Shown here in pieces: positions 11,200-16,701 of a stretch of DNA of 16,701 nt (position 1 is the stretch's first letter; every line of letters begins with the position of its first letter). Origin of the DNA: Myxococcales bacterium (lineage in GTDB: Bacteria; Myxococcota_A; UBA9042; JABWCM01; BTVJ01). The position numbers were made by a program, and so were the translations under genes. The notes beneath the pieces were generated by a model, which worked only from the letters and a program-made list of their open reading frames with translations, ran no database searches and was not told the origin of the DNA. The stretch covers positions 1 through 16,701 of the forward strand of contig BTVJ01000128.1 in assembly GCA_045863395.1 (NCBI GenBank), given 5' to 3'.

Positions 11200-13167
11200 T
11201 CATGGCGCCGGCGGCACGGCCCACTTGCCCTCGACGCCGATGTCGAGGGCGAAGAGCTGGTTCGCCGTGTAGTCCATGACGTACATGGTGGTCTTGGGGA
11301 AGCCGCCCAGGCCACGCCCGAAGTCGATGTTCGGGATCCACGACGACAGCTTGGCGGCCTTGTAGATGACGCCGTCGCTGCTGATGCGCCACAGGTACCC
11401 GAGGACGTACTCGGTCACCCAGACGGTCCCGCACTCGTCCACGTTGAGGCCGTCCAGGCCTCCTCCCCCTCCTCCACCGCTAGAGGGAATGAGGGCGTCC
11501 GGGGGCACGCAGGCGACGCCCTTCGCGGGGAACGGCGAGCCCAGCTTGAGCCCGGTCACGTCCATGCACGTGCCGCCGCGGATGGTCTCCGCGCCCTCGA
11601 TGTATGCGCACAGGTCGTCGATGGCGAGGCCCGCGCAGAACGCCGCAGGGTCGGGCTGGTGGAGGCACACCGCGGGGCCGTCCATGGGCAACGTCTGGTC
11701 GCAGTTGCACTCGGTCGGGCACACGGTCTTCGTTTGGTTGACGCAGAGGCCGTCCCAGTTGCCCGTGCAGCAGAAGGGGTCCACGGCGCAGATGCAGTCC
11801 TCGCAGCCGCTGTTTCCGCAGCCGGGCGAGGGCTTCGTCGCGCAGCAGTCCGCCGAGAAGGACGAGCTCACGCACTTGCCAGGGAACGGGAAGCCGAGGA
11901 TGCTGACGCTGCACGCGGCCTGGGCCTCAGCTCCTTCGCAGGCGGCGTCCTCGGGAGGGAGGGCGCCGGGGAGCTGGACGCACTCCTCCGACTTGCACGC
12001 GCCCTCCCAGCCGGCGTGGGTGAGGCACGGGGCGCCCTCCGCCTTGCCGTCGCAGGGCGTGTAGACGATCTCCGGCGGGTCGATGGGCTCGGGCGGGGGA
12101 CCCGTGACAGTCTTGTCGCCGTCGATCTTGGCGAAGAGGATCGGCGCCGACCAGCCCCCGTCCGGCAGGCGGTCGATGGCGTGGACCGTCCCCCCGCCGA
12201 AGCTCCCCACATAGACGCGCTTGAATCCGGGTGCCCAGCCGACGCCGTTGGGGTTGGGGAGCTTGTCGGCGACGATCTGGAACTCGCCCGTGTAGGGGTT
12301 GACGCGGCGAAGGCGCCCGCCGGACTGCTCCGCCACGTATGCGTAGTCCTCGTGATCCACGTCCATGCCGTTCGGGTACGAGAGGCCGGCGAGGATCGTC
12401 TCGTAGCCGCCAGTGGCGTAGGCGATCTTCAGCTTGTCGCCGGCGGCGAACACGATGTCGTTGTTGGACAGGACCGAGATGCCCGCCGTGGCGCCCGCGT
12501 TGGGGGCCACGATGTGCACGGCCCCCGTGGGCGAAACCCGGGCGATGCTGCCGCCCTTGTTGAGGACCACGTTGCCCGTGTAGTCCATGGCGAAGTCCTC
12601 GGACCCGCCGAAGCCCTTGACCGTCGTGAACGGGATGGGGAGCGGCTTTGGGGTCTGGCAGGCCGGGTTCGGGGTCCAGGTGTCCTCGCCACCAGTGTCC
12701 GCGGTGACCGCGTCATCTGGGCCCGCGTCGGAGGCGGCATCTGGCGCGCTGGCGTCCGTGGCGTCGCTCGGTCCTCCGTCCGTGATGCCGGCGTCCACGG
12801 GCCCGGCGTCCAACGGCGCTGCGTCGGCGGGCTCCGCGTCGCTCAGGCCGGCGTCATCGGGACCCGTGTCGGGACCTGAGGCGTCGGGGACCTCTGCGTC
12901 CGCCGGGGTGGCATCCACGGCGGCATCCTCCGCGACCTTCACATCGGTGGCGTCCGCGGTCCCTGGGGCGGCGTCCGTAGATCCGCCGTCGGCTCCTGCG
13001 TCGCTGGCGTCCCCAGGAGTGCCTGGACCTGCGTCGGCGCCCGCGTCCGCAGCCCCGTCCGCGACGTCGCCCTGGGGGTCGCCGTCCGCGCTCGGCGGGC
13101 CGCAGTGCAGGCAGGCGGTCGCCAGGATGATGCCCAGCAGGCAGGTCAGGTGGGCTTGGGTTCGCAT
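11200..13167 (-). CDS. SMP-30/gluconolactonase/LRE-like beta-propeller lipoprotein with Cys-rich insertion
   Basis: GGAGG RBS; signal with Cys (LATA-C or CLH-C); ~140-aa DA(G) tether. Blade motifs GSEDFAMD..G, YPNGMDVD...Y.YVAE, PNPNGVGWAP....VYVG, LDGLNVDECG.VWVT and PNIDFG keep the E/N/D metal ligands typical of the family. Confidence 0.85.
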   Translation of the reverse strand: MRTQAHLTCLLGIILATACLHCGPPSADGDPQGDVADGAADAGADAGPGTPGDASDAGADGGSTDAAPGTADATDVKVAEDAAVDATPADAEVPDASGPDTGPDDAGLSDAEPADAAPLDAGPVDAGITDGGPSDATDASAPDAASDAGPDDAVTADTGGEDTWTPNPACQTPKPLPIPFTTVKGFGGSEDFAMDYTGNVVLNKGGSIARVSPTGAVHIVAPNAGATAGISVLSNNDIVFAAGDKLKIAYATGGYETILAGLSYPNGMDVDHEDYAYVAEQSGGRLRRVNPYTGEFQIVADKLPNPNGVGWAPGFKRVYVGSFGGGTVHAIDRLPDGGWSAPILFAKIDGDKTVTGPPPEPIDPPEIVYTPCDGKAEGAPCLTHAGWEGACKSEECVQLPGALPPEDAACEGAEAQAACSVSILGFPFPGKCVSSSFSADCCATKPSPGCGNSGCEDCICAVDPFCCTGNWDGLCVNQTKTVCPTECNCDQTLPMDGPAVCLHQPDPAAFCAGLAIDDLCAYIEGAETIRGGTCMDVTGLKLGSPFPAKGVACVPPDALIPSSGGGGGGGLDGLNVDECGTVWVTEYVLGYLWRISSDGVIYKAAKLSSWIPNIDFGRGLGGFPKTTMYVMDYTANQLFALDIGVEGKWAVPPAP

Positions 13168-13293
13168 CGTGTTCCTCCGGCAACGGCCCCCCGTGGGCCA
13201 TCATCCGGTTCTGGGAGGGGAGGTCAAAGGTGAATTGGGGGACAAGCCCGGAGGGCGGGATTCCGGTCGGTGCTCAGGGCGGGTCGGGGACGC

Positions 13294-15969
13294 CTACCGC
13301 GCCCACATGCGCCCGGGCTCGAAGGTGCCGGTCCAGGCGCCGTAGTTGAACCAGTAACCGGAGGTGGAGCAGCTCGTGATCGCGTGCTCCGGCATGCAGC
13401 CGTTCGGGTTGTGGCAGTAGGGTCCCCAGCCATTCGTGGTCCCCAGGTTGGTCGGGAAGGCGGGGCCCACCCAGGCGTTGCTCCAGTTGGTCTTGTCGTA
13501 CCAGCTCTGGCTCGTGGCCACCGCCCCATAGTGGGAGTAGCCGCCGTCGTAGGTGAAGAAGTAGCTCTTGCCGGTGGACGTGGACTCGATCCAGAAGACC
13601 TTGCCGGCGCCGGGCGTGAGCTTGTTGTACCAGGCGACGGGGAGCACGGTGGTGGCGTCGACGTCCGGGTTGTCCAGCTCCCGCGGCTGGTAGCCTCCCG
13701 CCGTGCAGTCCAGGTTGCTGCCCCGGTCGTCCTTGTTGATCAGGGTCCAGCCGCCGCCGTTGCGGCTCATGTCGCAGTACAGCTCGAAGGACTGGCTCTC
13801 GCCGGTGGGGCGGATCCAGTAGGCGCCGTCGGGGAGGGACGAGTTGCCGTTGCGCAGCGCCAGGCAGCTCGTCCCGGGGGTCTCGGGGCGCCCCGCCGCG
13901 CCGGAGCTGAGGGACATCCACGCCTTGACCGTGGGGGCGCCGCGGGCCCACATGCGCCCCGACTCCCACACGCCGGTCCACGCGCCGTAGTTCCACCAGA
14001 TGCCCGCGGTGCTGCAGCTCGTGATCGCGTGCTCCGGCAGGCACCCGTTGGGGTTGTGGCAGTAGGGCGCCCACCCGTTGGTCGTGCCTGCGTTGGTCAT
14101 GTTCGCGGGGCCGGTCCAGGGCGCCGACCAGGAGGTCTTGTCGTACCAGCTCGTGTTGTTGGGCACCGCGCCATAGTGCGCGTAGCCGCCGTCGTGCTTG
14201 AAGAAGTAGCTCTTCGACGTATCGGTGGACTCGATCCAGAAGGTCTTGCCGGCGCCCGGGTCGATCTTGTTGTACCACTCCTGAGGGAGCACGGCGACGG
14301 CGTTGTTGGCCAGGGTCTTGAGCGCCGTCGGGTTGAAGCCGAACGAGGTGCAGTCGCTGTTGCTGGAGCGGTTGTCCTTCATGATCAGGGCCCAGCCGCC
14401 GCCGTTGCGGGTCATGTCACACCACAGCTCGTAGGCGACGGCCGTCCCCTCGGGCTGGATCCAGTAGGCCCCGTCCTGGGTCGTGGGCTTGAGCTCCAGC
14501 AGGTGGAGGCAGCTCTTCGCCGGGTTGGCGCTGGTGCCGAGCGTGGACAGGTCCTCGCCCGTGCCTCCGCCGCCCGCGGTCAGCGCGGTCCACGCGTCGT
14601 CCTTGCACAGCTCGATGGCCGTGCCCGTCCAGCGGAGTGCGCCAGCTTTGGCGCTCGTGCAGGCCGCGGTGTCGTTGCCGATCTGGATGGACGAGCTGCT
14701 CTTGACGCTCGACGCAACGACGTCGCCCGCGTCCACCGCCCCGAGCTTGCTCGCCCCGTTGACGTGCAGCGTGGCGGTGGGGGCCGTCGTGCCGATGCCC
14801 AGGCGGCCGGTCGTGTCGAGGAGCATGATGGGCGTCGAGAGGCTCGCCACGGTCCAGACGAAGGGCCGGTTGGCGCCGTTGGTGTTGAAGACCAGCGAGT
14901 CCGAGTCGCTCCAGGGCGTGTCCGCCGCCTTGGCCACGCCAATCCACCACGAGGCGTCGCGAAACGCGATGGCCGCGTCCGGCCAGTACCCGGTGGAGCC
15001 GGTGGACGTGTAGCCCGCCTGGATGGCGCCCGTCGTGACGATGGCGCCGCGGACGTCCAGCTTCGCGGCCGGAGTGGCCGTCCCGATGCCGGCGCTCCCC
15101 GTGACGGCGAGGTTCGCGTCGGCGGCCAGATCGCCGTGGGCGGTGAGGCTCCCACCGTGCAGGGGGCGCCAGGCGCTGTCGTTGGCGCTGCGCACGCGGA
15201 CGCCCTGCTCCACTTGAATGCCGAGCCAGCCGCTGCCCTGGTCTGCGACGGTGGCGGGGCCCACGACGAGCCCGCAGCCGCTGGTCGGCGTCGCGCAGGC
15301 CGTCAGGCTGCCAGATGATGCGACGTTGCCCGGCAGCAGCAGGTTTGGCGCCAGGTCCGTCGTGTCCACGCAGGAGGCGCACGCGAGGCCGGTGGCCGGG
15401 CCCGCGGGCGACGTGGAGCCGGCGTAGTTGAAGGACACCTTGGCCGCGCTGACGGCCCCAGCCTGGAGGTGGGTCGTGGCGATGGCGCCCGTCGCGATCT
15501 CGCCCGCCTCGACGCAGCCGGAGCAGGCGAGGTCCGATGCGGCGCCCCCCTTGGTCGCCGACGCGGCGTAGGGGAAGGCGACCGCGGCGTCCGTCACGCA
15601 GCCGGAGCAGGCGACGTCACCTGCGACCATCGCGTAGGGCGTGGCCCGCAGGGGCTGGCGCGGCAGCGTCTCGGTGTCGACGACGGTCTCCAGCCACAGG
15701 GGGTCCGGGCCGGCGAGGAGGGAGGGCGGAAGCGAGAGGGTCACGTCAAAGACGCCGGCCTCCACGGTCACCGCGGCCTGGGTATCGGTCCATGCGGCGG
15801 TCCCCCCCGACGCCACCGTGAACAGCCGGAAGGTCATGGCGAAGGTCCCCGACGCCGGGGCCCCGCCGCCCGTTCGGACGAAGCCCTGGACGGAGGTGCC
15901 CGTGGGCGCCGCCTGGGTCGGCGTCGCCAGAAGGATGACGAACAGAGCGGGAAGGATGGCAGTGCGCAT
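13294..15969 (-). CDS. Secreted fibre-like protein with tail-fibre-type shaft repeats and two fibrinogen-like (YCDxxxxGGGW) C-terminal domains
   Basis: GGAG 7 nt before ATG 15969; Sec signal ending PTQA-AP. N-domain QG.VR...G.P..G.F.MTFRLF..ASGG...W...GVF.V.L...WL...V..E.LPRQ.L..TPYA; three (V/L)AC..CV motifs; GIGT..P...L.V.G twice; C....AGALRW....IELC...W; two SC...DGAYWI.P.G....L(W/Y)CDM.RNGGGW domains. Confidence 0.88.
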   Translation of the reverse strand: MRTAILPALFVILLATPTQAAPTGTSVQGFVRTGGGAPASGTFAMTFRLFTVASGGTAAWTDTQAAVTVEAGVFDVTLSLPPSLLAGPDPLWLETVVDTETLPRQPLRATPYAMVAGDVACSGCVTDAAVAFPYAASATKGGAASDLACSGCVEAGEIATGAIATTHLQAGAVSAAKVSFNYAGSTSPAGPATGLACASCVDTTDLAPNLLLPGNVASSGSLTACATPTSGCGLVVGPATVADQGSGWLGIQVEQGVRVRSANDSAWRPLHGGSLTAHGDLAADANLAVTGSAGIGTATPAAKLDVRGAIVTTGAIQAGYTSTGSTGYWPDAAIAFRDASWWIGVAKAADTPWSDSDSLVFNTNGANRPFVWTVASLSTPIMLLDTTGRLGIGTTAPTATLHVNGASKLGAVDAGDVVASSVKSSSSIQIGNDTAACTSAKAGALRWTGTAIELCKDDAWTALTAGGGGTGEDLSTLGTSANPAKSCLHLLELKPTTQDGAYWIQPEGTAVAYELWCDMTRNGGGWALIMKDNRSSNSDCTSFGFNPTALKTLANNAVAVLPQEWYNKIDPGAGKTFWIESTDTSKSYFFKHDGGYAHYGAVPNNTSWYDKTSWSAPWTGPANMTNAGTTNGWAPYCHNPNGCLPEHAITSCSTAGIWWNYGAWTGVWESGRMWARGAPTVKAWMSLSSGAAGRPETPGTSCLALRNGNSSLPDGAYWIRPTGESQSFELYCDMSRNGGGWTLINKDDRGSNLDCTAGGYQPRELDNPDVDATTVLPVAWYNKLTPGAGKVFWIESTSTGKSYFFTYDGGYSHYGAVATSQSWYDKTNWSNAWVGPAFPTNLGTTNGWGPYCHNPNGCMPEHAITSCSTSGYWFNYGAWTGTFEPGRMWAR

Positions 15970-15996
15970 CGTCGACTCCGGAGTGGGGACCAACGC

Positions 15997-16005
15997 ATCG
16001 TACCA
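15997..16005 (-). promoter_or_regulatory. Possible extended -10 promoter for the fibre gene
   Basis: TGgTACGAT (TGn plus TAnnnT) about 30 nt upstream of ATG 15969. Confidence 0.35.
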
Positions 16006-16086
16006 GCATTTCAGGGCCAAGGCTCGGACGCAGATCGGCTGGGAGCTACGCGCTGTCGCGGCTGAACGGTGGGTGTCGCCGGAGCG

Positions 16087-16701
16087 TCAGGGTGCCAGCG
16101 TCGGATAGAACCCGAAGTCCACGCTCCAGCTCGCGCCCGCCATGGGGGCCACCGAGCCGGGCTCGCCGCCGCCGGCGCTCACCCCCCAGGTGGGACCGGC
16201 GGTGGGGGGCAGCACCACCGAGAAGGGCGTGAACTCCACGGAGACCGCCGGGCAGCCCTCGTTGATCGCCCCGTCGCAGTCGTCGTCCAGGGGAGTCGCG
16301 CAGTCCTCCACCCTGGTGGGGCCGGTCTCGTTGCACGTGGTGGCGAGGCCGCCCGGCGCGCAGACGGTGGTCCCTGTCTGGCAGAGGTCGTCGTCCGGTC
16401 CGTCGCACGCCTCGCCGAGGCCCGGGAAGCCCTCGTCCACCCCGCCGTCGCAGTCGTCGTCGAGGCCGTTGCAGATCTCGACGCTCCCCGTGCCCGCCTC
16501 GTCGCAGGTGGTCGCCAGTCCGCCCGGCGCGCAGACGGTGGTGCCTGTCTGGCACAGGTCGTCGTCGGGCCCGTCGCAGGGCTCGCCGAGTCCGGGGAAG
16601 CCCTCGTCCACCGCGCCGTCGCAGTCGTCGTCGAGGCCGTTGCAGGTCTCGACGCTCCCCGTGCCCGCCTCGTCGCAGGTGGTCGCCAGTCCGCCCGGCG
16701 C
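16087..16701 (-). CDS. Partial (5' end outside window) Cys-rich protein with MopE-like putative metal-binding repeats
   Basis: The frame is open to the window edge (APGGLATTCDEAG...). Repeated E.CNGLDDDCDG.VDEGF units are followed by a short Cys-free C-terminal segment. Confidence 0.88.
   Translation of the reverse strand, partial: APGGLATTCDEAGTGSVETCNGLDDDCDGAVDEGFPGLGEPCDGPDDDLCQTGTTVCAPGGLATTCDEAGTGSVEICNGLDDDCDGGVDEGFPGLGEACDGPDDDLCQTGTTVCAPGGLATTCNETGPTRVEDCATPLDDDCDGAINEGCPAVSVEFTPFSVVLPPTAGPTWGVSAGGGEPGSVAPMAGASWSVDFGFYPTLAP
16335..16701. repeat. Near-identical 171-bp (57-aa) coding tandem repeat, more than 2 copies, running off the window end
   Basis: GCAGTCGTCGTCGAGGCCGTTGCAG occurs at 16450 and 16621 (offset 171); CCGCCCGGCGC recurs with the same period. 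Confidence 0.92.

Noticed and set aside
13200..13227. TTGACC-N16-GATGAT promoter upstream of the SMP-30-like gene
   Set aside because: Weak -10 and short spacer; not enough support to list.
13294..14525. Duplicated lectin-like C-termini as a DGR template/variable repeat pair
   Set aside because: Both copies are in-frame coding domains, many differences are synonymous G/C changes rather than adenine-specific, and no reverse transcriptase is in the window.
13294..15969. Prophage tail-fibre gene
   Set aside because: It has a Sec signal peptide and host-like codon usage, with no neighbouring phage genes.
16335..16701. Periodic repeats as a CRISPR array
   Set aside because: The whole 171-bp unit repeats without unique spacers and is in frame in a protein; no cas genes.

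Overview
GC-rich bacterial DNA whose gene style (Cys-rich lipoproteins with DDDCDG repeats, acidic D/A/G tethers, SPOR protein) suggests Myxococcota or a related deltaproteobacterium; this is an inference. It has two parts. (i) About 1-3790 looks visibly less GC-rich. It holds the 3' part of an IS1595-family transposase that seems cut at position 59/60 by the end of another IS, a structured gap, and a minus-strand pair: an S8 subtilase with Glu in place of the catalytic Asp plus a small Cys-rich lipoprotein. The subtilase has a clear sigma70-like promoter, RBS and ATG, but a C15 tract puts that ATG out of frame (phase-variable OFF state or homopolymer error). (ii) About 3794-16701 is a run of high-GC minus-strand genes. 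In transcription order these are: a partial MopE-like repeat protein with 171-bp tandem repeats, a trimeric-fibre-like secreted protein with twin fibrinogen-like tips, an SMP-30/gluconolactonase-like lipoprotein with a large Cys-rich insertion, a hypothetical lipoprotein, a SPOR protein, a cupin, a ~1350-aa Cys-rich/beta-helix/Gly-rich lipoprotein and an Sfp-type PPTase. No rRNA, tRNA or CRISPR array was seen. All domain calls come from motifs recognised by eye; no searches were run.
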